Below, one piece after another: positions 18,757 to 28,300 of a stretch of DNA of 64,000 bases. Under the pieces are notes generated by a model. It saw nothing but the letters and a program-made list of their open reading frames with translations, was not told the DNA's origin and ran no database searches. Each line of letters starts with the position of its first letter. Within the stretch, counting starts at the first letter, position 1. The translations under genes were made by a program, and so were the position numbers. The stretch is from an uncultured Verrucomicrobiota bacterium (lineage in GTDB: Bacteria; Verrucomicrobiota; Kiritimatiellia; CAIQIC01; Lenti-01), in assembly GCA_937860055.1 (NCBI GenBank), contig CALMBO010000029.1:425372-489371 (forward strand). The letters are read 5' to 3'.

Positions 18757-20330
18757 GCTGCCGGCCCTTTCGGCGGTTCCTGCCCCAGGGCGGGCAGATA
18801 GATGGTGAAGGTGGAGCCTCTCCCCTCCTGGGTTTCCACGTCGACCCATCCGCCATGCTGCTGCACGATGCCATATACCGTGGACAGGCCCAGGCCGGTG
18901 CCCTTTCCTTTTTCCTTCGTTGTGAAGAATGGCTCGAACAGGCGCGCCAGGACATCCGGCGGGATGCCGGTGCCCGTGTCTTTCACGGACAGGCAGACGA
19001 AACGGCCGGCGCGCCAGGGCGCCCCGCGCCCGGCGGCCTCCGGTTCCTCCACCTCCCGCTGGCGGGTGGCGATGGCGATCTCCCCTCCCTTCGGCATCGC
19101 ATCCCGCGCATTCACCACCAGGTTCAGGACGACCTGCTCGATCTGGCCCGTATCGCCATGGACCCGCGCCGGGGCGGAATCGAAATCGTATCGGAGCTGG
19201 AAGTTCGCGCCGATGAGCCGTTGCAGCATGCCGCCCATGTTGCCGACCAGTCCGTTCATGTCCAGATCGACGGGGTTCAGCACCTGCTTCCGGCTGAAGG
19301 CGAGAAGCTGGCGGGTCAGCGCGACGGCGCGGTCGGTCGCCTTGCGGATCTCCAGCACATCCGCATGGCGGGGGTCGTCCTCGGGGATTTCGCCTTCCAG
19401 GATCTCGCTGAATCCCATGATGGCCTGCAGGATGTTGTTGAAATCATGGGCCACTCCGCCGGCCAGCTTCCCGATGCTCTCCATCTTCTGCGACTGGAAC
19501 AGCTGCTGCTGGAGCGCGTGCTCGTGGGTGACGTTGCGCACATAGAGGATGACGCCCTTCTGACGGCCCGTGCTCCGTTCCAGCAGCGGGTAGGAATAGA
19601 CGCTGAATTCCCCCTTGCCTTCCGCCGTTTCCATCGTGCAGACCGATTGCGCCGGACAGCCGTCCCGGAGGGTGGTGGCGGCGATGGAACCATCGCCGCC
19701 CGGACAGAACAGGCTCCCCGGCTTTCCCGCCAGCGGCATCCGGTCCGGAAAGAGCTTCTCCATGGTGGGATTGGTCTGGACGATCTTCAGGTCCGCATCC
19801 AGCACGACGATGCCGTCCTGCACGCTGGAAAAGACGTCCGCGAGGAAATTGCGCTCCTCCGCCAGCCGGGTTTCGGCCTCCCGCCGGCGCCGGGCGCTTT
19901 CCGCGGCCTCAACGGCGCGGCGGACGGCCAGGCCGAGGCGGCGCAGGTGCTCCTTCATGACGTAGTCCGTCGCCCCCAGCCTCACGGCTTCCACCGCGCG
20001 CTCCTCGCCGATGGAGCCCGAGACGAAGATGAAGGGCGTTTCCGGCCCCGCTTCCCGCGTCCGCTTCAGCGCATCCGTCCCGCAATACCGCGGAAGGCTG
20101 TAGTCGGAAATGACCACGTCCACGCCGCCCCTGGCCAGTTCGCGCTCGAAATCCGCCGGCTCCGAAACAACGATAATCTCGCAGTCCATGTTCTCGCTGG
20201 CCAGCATCTCCTGGACGAGTAGGGCATCGACCGGACTGTCCTCCAGATGGAGGATCTTCAGGCGGCGGAGTCGCTCTCCCGGGAGCGGGTCAGGAACCGC
20301 GGTTTCGGGACTGGGCGTGGACTCGTTCAT
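18753..20330 (-). CDS. REC-PAS histidine kinase
   Basis: N-terminal REC (LEDS, SDYSLP), PAS, AHDFNNIL H-box, NARDAM, FFTTKEKGKGTGLGL. Confidence 0.93.
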   Translation of the reverse strand: MNESTPSPETAVPDPLPGERLRRLKILHLEDSPVDALLVQEMLASENMDCEIIVVSEPADFERELARGGVDVVISDYSLPRYCGTDALKRTREAGPETPFIFVSGSIGEERAVEAVRLGATDYVMKEHLRRLGLAVRRAVEAAESARRRREAETRLAEERNFLADVFSSVQDGIVVLDADLKIVQTNPTMEKLFPDRMPLAGKPGSLFCPGGDGSIAATTLRDGCPAQSVCTMETAEGKGEFSVYSYPLLERSTGRQKGVILYVRNVTHEHALQQQLFQSQKMESIGKLAGGVAHDFNNILQAIMGFSEILEGEIPEDDPRHADVLEIRKATDRAVALTRQLLAFSRKQVLNPVDLDMNGLVGNMGGMLQRLIGANFQLRYDFDSAPARVHGDTGQIEQVVLNLVVNARDAMPKGGEIAIATRQREVEEPEAAGRGAPWRAGRFVCLSVKDTGTGIPPDVLARLFEPFFTTKEKGKGTGLGLSTVYGIVQQHGGWVDVETQEGRGSTFTIYLPALGQEPPKGPAA

Positions 20331-20353
20331 GGATCGGCTCGCTTTCGGTGATC

Positions 20354-20815
20354 TTACTTCGTTTCCGCATCCGGTTTGTTCGGCCTTGGCGACGGTTCGT
20401 TGAGAAAGCCCCAGAAGAGGCCGATCTCGCGCACCGCATGCATGAAATCATCGAAATTCAGCGGCTTGACCACGTAGGCGTTCACGCCGTTTTCGTAGCT
20501 GCGGACCAGATCCGCCTCCTCCCGCGACGAGGTCAGCATCACGACCGGGATCAGGCGCAGGACCGGATCCTTCTTGATGGTGCGCAGCACCTCCAGGCCA
20601 TCCACCTTCGGCATCTTGATGTCCAAGAGGATCACGGTGGGATCCCCCTGCTTGCGGGAGGCGTACTTGCCCCGGCGATAGAGGAAATCGAGTGCCTCCG
20701 CGCCGTCGTTCACCACCTCGACCGGATTGATCATGTGGCTGTCCGCCAGGGCGGCGAGGGTTAGCTCGATATCGTTGGGGTTGTCTTCCGCCAGCAGGAT
20801 GTACTTTCCGCTCAT
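20354..20815 (-). CDS. Single-domain response regulator (Rcp1-like)
   Basis: MSGKYILLAEDNPND, LLDIKMP, LTSS, NAYVVKP. Confidence 0.92.
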   Translation of the reverse strand: MSGKYILLAEDNPNDIELTLAALADSHMINPVEVVNDGAEALDFLYRRGKYASRKQGDPTVILLDIKMPKVDGLEVLRTIKKDPVLRLIPVVMLTSSREEADLVRSYENGVNAYVVKPLNFDDFMHAVREIGLFWGFLNEPSPRPNKPDAETK

Positions 20816-20829
20816 TCGATATCCTCCTT

Positions 20830-23800
20830 TTATCCTTCCTTCGCCGGCCGGACCGGCAGGCTGAAATAGAACGCTGCGCCCTTGTCCACCTCGCCCTCGG
20901 CCCAGGTGCGGCCGCCATGCCGGCTGACAATGCGGCGCACGTTGGCAAGGCCGATGCCCGTGCCTTCGAATTCCGCCTCCGTGTGGAGCCGCTGGAACAC
21001 GCCGAAAAGCTTGTCCGCGTATTTCATGTCGAAACCGGCGCCGTTGTCGCGCACGCACACGATGATCTCGTCCCCTTCGCGGCGGGCCGAGACCTCGATC
21101 CGGGCTTCGGGCTTCTTGCTGGAATATTTCACCGCGTTGCCCAGCAGGTTGGCCACCACCTGCCGCAGAAGCGCCCGGTCCGCCAGCACCTCCGGGAGCT
21201 CGCCGATCTTCCACTCGATGTTCCGGCCGCGCGTTTCCGGCTCCAGTTCGCGCCGGCATTCCTCCACGATCGCGCCCAGCGGCAGCGTTTCCTCCCGCAT
21301 CTGCGCGCGGCCGGTGCGCGAGAACAGCAGCAGATCGTCGATCAGCGCGGCCATCTTGCCGGTCGCCCCGGCGATCACCTCGAGATAGCGGCGGCCCGTC
21401 TCGTCGAGCTTGTCCTTCGACTTGGACTGCAGCAGCTGGACGAACCCGGAGATGTGGCGCAGCGGCGCGCGCAGGTCGTGCGACACCGAATAGGAAAAGG
21501 CCTCCAGCTCCTTGTTCGCGGCAACCAACGCCTCTTCGCTCTTGATCAGGGACGCCTCCACCGCCCGGCGGTGCCGGATTTCGGAAGCCAGCCGCCGGTT
21601 CCAGTAGAGGAACACCGCCAGCAGGACCAGCGCCCCCGCACCAATCTTGTACACCTTCGAATAGTCGATGTGCTCCTCGTAGGTGACCGTCATCCACCTC
21701 CGGGCGATGGCGTTCCGCTCATCCTCGTCGATGCCCTCCATCAGCTTGTCCAGGATCTCCACGAGGATCTTCCAGTCCTTCCGGCAGGCGAAGGCCGGCT
21801 GGTAGACGAAGGGTGTTTCCCCCGCGACCTTGAGCCGGCTGTGCCCTCCCTGCTGGATGTAGTGGCTGGTGATCAGCAGGGTCCCCACGAAGGCATCCAC
21901 CTGTCCGTTCTCCAGCATGACCAGCACTTCGGGGATGTCCTTGGCTTCCTCCATCTGGATGCCGGGGCACTGGGACTCCAGGAACTCCTTCATCGCATAG
22001 CCCGGCACCGTAGCCACCTTCATGCCCTTCAGCAAGGTCAGTTCCCCGATATAGGGCGTGTCCTTGCGCGTGAAGATCGCCGTCTGCAGCGACAGGTACG
22101 GCGGCGTGAACACGAAATCCATCTTCCGGGCGCTCGCCTTGGTCAGAGAGGTCAGCATGTCCACTTCGCCATCCCGGAGCTTGGCCTGCGCCTGCCGCCA
22201 GCTGGGGATCGGCACGTAGCGGAAATCCACGCCCAGCGCCCTTCCGAACCGGTCCAGATAGTCGCGCGTGATGCCCCGGTAGATTCCCTCCTTGTCCACG
22301 AACTCCACCGGCGCCCAGCGGGGATGGCTGCCGACGCGGATCACCGGATGGCGGTCGATCCACTGCCTCTCCTCCGGCGTCAGCTGGATCCACGACAGGA
22401 AGGCCCCCGGCCGCTCCTGCCCGACCCCGCCCCAGCGCTCGTAGATGGCCTGGATGCCGGCCTGCGGCAGCGAAGCCATCGCCGTGCCCAGGATGGAGGC
22501 CAGCTCCGGCGCGTCCTTGCGCACGCCGATGCTGTTCACCGAGGAGGTCTCCCTCACGATGCCTTGCACCTGCAGGTTGGACAGCATCTCGCGGCTGATG
22601 ATCCAGGACGCCCCCGCCCGGTTCCCCACATAGGCGTCCGCCTTCCCTCCGGATACCGCCACGAGGGCGTCGCGGGTGGAGGGATATTCCACCAGCCGGA
22701 TCGAGGGATGGTTGGAACGGATGTGCGCCGCAACAAAGAAGCCGGCCTCGACCGCCACGGTCCGCTTGTGCAGGCTCTCGAACGAATCGAAATAGGCATC
22801 CCCCTTGCGGCCGACAATCGCATGGGGAAGAACCGCATAAGGCTTGGTGAAGTGGAAGAATTCCTCGCGGTCCGGTCGAGGCGTGATGTCCATCAGCGCG
22901 TCCAGCCTCCCCGCTTTGCAGTCCTCCATGAGCCGGGGAAACGGCCCCGGCACCACCTCGATCCGGCCGCCCAGCCGTTCGTTCAGCAGCCCGATGAAAT
23001 CCACGCCGAGGCCATGAACGTGACCCGACTCATCCACGAAATCCATCGGGGGCCAATTGTCCATGACGCCCATCCGGATGACGGGATGCGCCGCCAGCCA
23101 CGCCTCCTCCTCCGGCTTCAGCTGGAAATGACTGCCCACCTGGCTGGCCATCTCGAACCACTTCGCCAGAATGGACCGCCCCTGTTTCTGGAGGACCACC
23201 CCCAGCGCCCGGTCCATCAGGCCCGCCACGACAGGCCAATCCTTGCGAATGCCGATGGAGAGGACCACGGTGGGCTTCTCCAGCCGCCCCTGCAGATGCA
23301 GGTTGGTCAGCATCTCCCGTTCGATGAGATACAGCGCCACCGCCCGGTTCCCCGCATAGGCATCGGCCTGGCTGCGCGCGACGGCGTCGAGCGCATCGCT
23401 GGTGGAATCGTACAGGCGGATCCGCACGGACGGGAAGTTCGTCTTGAACCACTGGATGTTTCCGAACCCCTTCTCCAGCGCCACCGTCCGGCCCGCCAGC
23501 GAAGCCGCCGAAGGATAATACCGCGCGTTCCGCCGCCCCACGATCACATGCGGAATGTCGAGATAGGGCTGCGTAAATTGCAGGTATTCCTCGCGGTCCG
23601 GCTTGGGCGTCACATCCATCAGCCCGTCCAGTTCCCGGTCCTTGGCTTTCCGGAGGTTGTTCTCGAAGGTGTCCGCGTGGATCCGGATCACCCCCCCCAG
23701 CAGCTGGTTGATCTCGTTCAGGAAATCCACGCCGACGCCCGCGGGATTGCCGGCGATGTCCTTGAAGTCGAGCGGGGGCCAAGCATCCTGGATGCCGATG

Positions 23801-23979
23801 TGAATCTCCGGGTTCCCGGCCAGCCAGGCCTGCTCCTCGGCCGTCAGCGGGAACGAACCGCTGGGATTGGCGGCGGAAGGTTCCGCCGCCATGGCCGAAC
23901 CAGCCACGCAGGCCAGGCCGGCGGCAAGCCAACAGAGCCTTTTCATTTTCCTCCGAACCCGGACCGGAAAGAGCATCAT
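20830..23979 (-). CDS. Sensor histidine kinase with three tandem periplasmic solute-binding (SBP_bac_3) domains
   Basis: Three repeats of (L.)EE..W...P.I..G....W.P..F; TM helix; SHDLRAPL; NAVKY; GTGIGLA. Start may be 23946. Confidence 0.92.
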   Translation of the reverse strand: MMLFPVRVRRKMKRLCWLAAGLACVAGSAMAAEPSAANPSGSFPLTAEEQAWLAGNPEIHIGIQDAWPPLDFKDIAGNPAGVGVDFLNEINQLLGGVIRIHADTFENNLRKAKDRELDGLMDVTPKPDREEYLQFTQPYLDIPHVIVGRRNARYYPSAASLAGRTVALEKGFGNIQWFKTNFPSVRIRLYDSTSDALDAVARSQADAYAGNRAVALYLIEREMLTNLHLQGRLEKPTVVLSIGIRKDWPVVAGLMDRALGVVLQKQGRSILAKWFEMASQVGSHFQLKPEEEAWLAAHPVIRMGVMDNWPPMDFVDESGHVHGLGVDFIGLLNERLGGRIEVVPGPFPRLMEDCKAGRLDALMDITPRPDREEFFHFTKPYAVLPHAIVGRKGDAYFDSFESLHKRTVAVEAGFFVAAHIRSNHPSIRLVEYPSTRDALVAVSGGKADAYVGNRAGASWIISREMLSNLQVQGIVRETSSVNSIGVRKDAPELASILGTAMASLPQAGIQAIYERWGGVGQERPGAFLSWIQLTPEERQWIDRHPVIRVGSHPRWAPVEFVDKEGIYRGITRDYLDRFGRALGVDFRYVPIPSWRQAQAKLRDGEVDMLTSLTKASARKMDFVFTPPYLSLQTAIFTRKDTPYIGELTLLKGMKVATVPGYAMKEFLESQCPGIQMEEAKDIPEVLVMLENGQVDAFVGTLLITSHYIQQGGHSRLKVAGETPFVYQPAFACRKDWKILVEILDKLMEGIDEDERNAIARRWMTVTYEEHIDYSKVYKIGAGALVLLAVFLYWNRRLASEIRHRRAVEASLIKSEEALVAANKELEAFSYSVSHDLRAPLRHISGFVQLLQSKSKDKLDETGRRYLEVIAGATGKMAALIDDLLLFSRTGRAQMREETLPLGAIVEECRRELEPETRGRNIEWKIGELPEVLADRALLRQVVANLLGNAVKYSSKKPEARIEVSARREGDEIIVCVRDNGAGFDMKYADKLFGVFQRLHTEAEFEGTGIGLANVRRIVSRHGGRTWAEGEVDKGAAFYFSLPVRPAKEG

Positions 23980-24079
23980 GAAAATCTCCTACGGCTCCAA
24001 CGATAGCGTGGTCCAGCGGGAAAGACCAGTCCTTTCGTAGTGAAATTTCCTACATAATTTCATGCCCCCCCGGGGGGGG

Positions 24080-25333
24080 TCAGGGCCTGAGGAGGATGCC
24101 GATGACGACCCCCGTCAGCAACGTGCCGAGGGTGCCGGCCACCATGGCCTTCAGGCCCAGCCCGGCCACGATCTTCTTGTGCTGGGGGCACAGCGCCGTC
24201 AGAGTCCCAGCCAGGATGCCGATGCTGCTGAAGTTCGCGAATCCGCACAGTGAATAGATCGTGATCAGCCGGCTGTGGACCGACATCGCATCCGGCGGCT
24301 GCTTCGCCAGCGCCAGGTAGGCCACGAACTCGTTGAAGACCGTCTTCAGCGCCATCAGCTCGCCCGCCGCCTGCGCCTCGTTCCACGGCACGCCCACCAG
24401 CCACATCGCCGGAGCCATCACCCACCCGAACATCCGCTCCAGTGAAAGGGGCGTGTCGAGGGGAATCAGTCCCAGCGCCTTGTTCACCAGGGAGACCACG
24501 GCGATGATGGCGACCAGCATCACGGCCACGTTCACCATCACCTTCGCGCCGTCGTTCGCCCCCGTGAGCAGCGCATCCACCACGCCATGCGTTCCAGCCT
24601 CCAGCCGGGGCGTCTCGTGGTCCACCTCCCCCGCCTCCGCCGGCACCATCAGGCGCGCCACCATCACCGCCGCCGGCGCGCTGATGATCGACGCCACCAC
24701 CAGGTGGCCCAGGACGATGCCCGGCAGCACCGGCTCGAGGATCGAGGCGTAGACGATCATCAGCGATCCCGAGATCGTCGTCATCCCCGCCGTCATCACG
24801 CACATCAGCCCCGCGCGGCCGAGGTGGCCGACATAGGGCTTGATCAGCAGGGGCGCATCGCTCTGCCCCATGAAGACATTGGCCGCCACCACCACCCCCT
24901 CCGCGCCGCCGAGGCCCATTGTGCGGCGCAGCAGGTGCGCGAAGACGCCGACGATCTTCTGCAGGATGCCGAAATGGAACAGCAGCGAGCTCAGCGCCCC
25001 CACCACGATCAGCATCATCAGCGGACCGAAGAAGAAGAGCGATGGCGCCGCCGCCCCGTCCACGGTCTGGAAGGGCGATGGACCACCCGTCAGGTACCCG
25101 AACACGAACGCGCCGCCTTCGTGGCTCGCGCGCTCGACCGCGCGGACAACCCGGTTCAGCTGGCCCAGCAGGTCCTGGAATACCGGCACCTTCACCATCA
25201 GCAGCGCGAGGAGGAACTGCAGGGCGAGGCCCCACGCCACCCCCTTCCATTCCACCCGGCGGCGGTTCTCGCTGAGCGCCCACGCCAGCGCCAGCAGCAC
25301 CACGATCCCCAGCAATCCGCGCAGAATCCACAT
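24080..25333 (-). CDS. nupC: NupC/CNT-family nucleoside:cation symporter
   Basis: SENRRRV, ANVFMGQSDAPLLIKPY, NEFVAY, LCGFANFSSIGI. Confidence 0.9.
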   Translation of the reverse strand: MWILRGLLGIVVLLALAWALSENRRRVEWKGVAWGLALQFLLALLMVKVPVFQDLLGQLNRVVRAVERASHEGGAFVFGYLTGGPSPFQTVDGAAAPSLFFFGPLMMLIVVGALSSLLFHFGILQKIVGVFAHLLRRTMGLGGAEGVVVAANVFMGQSDAPLLIKPYVGHLGRAGLMCVMTAGMTTISGSLMIVYASILEPVLPGIVLGHLVVASIISAPAAVMVARLMVPAEAGEVDHETPRLEAGTHGVVDALLTGANDGAKVMVNVAVMLVAIIAVVSLVNKALGLIPLDTPLSLERMFGWVMAPAMWLVGVPWNEAQAAGELMALKTVFNEFVAYLALAKQPPDAMSVHSRLITIYSLCGFANFSSIGILAGTLTALCPQHKKIVAGLGLKAMVAGTLGTLLTGVVIGILLRP

Positions 25334-25361
25334 GGTCCGATCTCCTTGCTTTCCATCCGGG

Positions 25362-28300
25362 CTACGGGAGGCCCACCCAGACGCGGTAGCTGCGCTGCGT
25401 GGCCACCGGCCAGCCGCTGTTGGTCGCCGCGCCGGTGTCGACGAACAGATGCCGGTTCGTGAAGGGCTCCGTGTTGGTCCACGCGCCGTTCGCCTGGAAC
25501 GCGTTCCAGGCCTGCGGGGCATTGCTCAACGCGCCGTCGAGGAACTCGATCCGGTAGGCGCGGTTGGAGGCCGCCGCAACGGCGATCTGCGCCCCGGAAA
25601 CGCTCCGCACATCCGTCATCCGGAAGACGGCTTCTGCGTCCGTCGGATCAAGCCCGGCCACGTACATCTGCCAGACCGCCAGCGTCCCGTTCGAGGCGCT
25701 CTGCATCGCCAGGTCTTCGTAATCCTGCGCGCTGTGCTCGCCCGGATAGTAGCCGTCCAGCCACGCGTAGGGAACCGCCGCCGGCGAATTCGATGTCGCC
25801 GTCGCGGGCGCCGCGACCTCCTCGATCTTCAGGTACTGCACGATCGCGCCGTCGGCATAGATATTGGTGCCGCCGCCATCGGAGGTGAAGCCGACCCAAA
25901 TGCCGTTGGCGTAGAGGTCGGCCCCCGTCTTCGGCGCGGCCCACAACGCCGCCTCCGCATCGCTGGAAGCCAGGTTGCGCACGTTGTAGTAGTTCGTCGC
26001 GGTGTTCGCGAGCCCCAGCAGGCTCCAGCATCCCGCCAGGTCGTAGGTGTCGGAAGCGCCGGAATGATCGCCGTCGTTCACAAACAGCGCAAACGCCAGC
26101 ACCGCGTCCTTCCCGTCCGCCACCGCGCCGGCCCCCTCGTATTTGGCCACGGCGAAGATCTTGCTGTTGTCCCCCCCGCCCGTCCGGCTCAGGAAATACT
26201 GGTTCGCGCTCTGCAGCGCCGGACTGCTGTGCCGCGCCCCGTTCACCCGGCCGTGCCATTGCGCCATCTCGCGCGACGCCGCGTCGTAGGGCGGCTCGCC
26301 CCAGACTCGCAGCTGGTTCCACTTCTTGAAATGCGGGATGTACTTGCCGAAGTTCAGCTCGAAATTGCTGAAGCCCGTCCACTTGTCCGCCGTCCCCGCG
26401 TACGGTCCGATGCCCTGCTCCTGGCCGTAGAACACCATCGGCACGCCCGCCACCGCCGAGACCATCGCGTAGCGCGACGCCGTCACCCAGGGATCGCTCC
26501 ACGGCAGCACCTCGTCATGCCCCGTCAGGTTCAGCAGGATTGCCCCGCCGCCGTACGCCGTGCGCCGGTTCTCCAGCTGCATGCGCAGCGTCCCCGGATC
26601 GCTCACGTGCGCCTGCGTGAATTGGAACACCATGTTCTCGTTCAGGATGTCGAAATGCCGGTTCGAGCGGTAGCCCGGCACGCCGCCGTCCAGCGTCTCC
26701 GCCATGAACATGAAGTTCCACTTCAGGTTCCGCGTGCGGTTGATGATGTATTCCCACAGCTGCGGCGGCAGCCCCTGCCCGAAGTCGCACCGCAGGCCGT
26801 CGATGCCGTAGTCGTCGTAGGCGATGCCCTTGGCGTCCACCTGCCCCGGCCGGTTGGTCAGGCCGTGGCCCGTCTTCTCCAGCCAGTATTCCGGATACCG
26901 CCCGACGTACGTCCACAGGTCGATCGTGTCCTCGCTCATCCCCGCGAAGTCGTACACGTCCTCCTCGTTCAGGTAGTCGCTGTTGTTGTCGGGGTTGTGC
27001 CGCACCAGGCAGGAATAGGCCCCGTAATAGAGCTCCGCCACGTCCGCCCACTTGCCGAAGTCGCCGCGGTCCGGCGCCGTCGCGATGTCGTTGCTCCACG
27101 CCGTGTGGTAGTACGTCGCCGGCGCGCCGTAGTCCTCCCAGTGGGAGTACCACCCCGGCTTGAACCAGCCGATGCGGTCGTCCTTGTTCGTGCAGAAGCC
27201 CAGCTCCACACCCATCTCCCCGAATTCCGCGTCCCACGACGTGTGGTTGAACACGCCGTCGAGCATCACGTTGATCGTGCCGACGTGGTTCGTGCTCCCC
27301 AGCCGGTTCGTGCCCCGGTCGCAGTACGCCACAAAGTTCGTGAACTCCGCCAGCGCCCCCTCCTCCGTCCCCGCCCGGCCGAAGAAATGGTTCACCGAGA
27401 AGTAGTCCCGCGTCGCGTACGGGCTCCCCGGATTGTACCGCGTGGCGGTGTCCGGATCGTTCTCCGACCGGTCGTAGCCCGCCGGATGGATCGGCTGGAA
27501 CCACAGGCAGTTCGCCCGGATCTTGTCGAGATACTCGATGCTGAACTCGTTGAAGGTGTTGAGGTTCGTCGCGTGCTGCGGATCGATCAGGTCGTCGAAC
27601 GTGCTCCGCCCGCTCTCCGTGTTGTTGCTGGCCTTCACCGTCAGCGTGTTCAGCTCGTACATCGTCTGCTGCAGCACCTTCTTCGGCGAGATCACGATGG
27701 CATGGTCGCGGCGGCCCTCGGACGTGTACCAGGTCCAGTTCGTCGTGCCGGCCTGGTTGGTGGTCTGGTAGCGCGCCGTCAAACGGTAGGCCCCGCACTG
27801 CCCCGCATTCGTGCTCCACTCGTACGTCCCCGTCCCGCCGTTGTACGCCATCGGGAACGCCGCGAAATAGGCGCCCGCGTCGTTCGTCGTGACCAGGTTC
27901 CCGTCCGGCGGCCGGATGCCGTCCGGCACCCCGTCCTCGTCCCAGTCCGCGTCCGCCAGGTGCCGGCGCCCCACGTTGCAGAACACTTCCACGTTCACCG
28001 ACCCCGCCGGCGGCGTATAGCTCACCGTGATCGCCGCGGTCTCGCTCTCCGCTTCGTCGAGGAAGAACTTCGTCGTCGTGTAGTCCGCGTTCTGGCCGTT
28101 GACCGTCAGCGCGCCCGAGCCACCCGTGTACATGCGGTATTCGAAGATCTCGTCCGCCGCCCCGTCGGTCTGGTACTCCGCCTTCCGCACCACCCCGTTG
28201 CCGCCGTTCGTCGCCGAATTCCACGCGGCGACCTGGTACTGCACCAGCGCCTCCAGGTTCGTCAGTTCGTCGTCCTGGATCGTGGCCACCCACCACATCG

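Noticed and set aside
24065-24079. C7-G8 palindrome at the end of nupC
   Set aside because: Could be a simple terminator stem or homopolymer noise; no further support.
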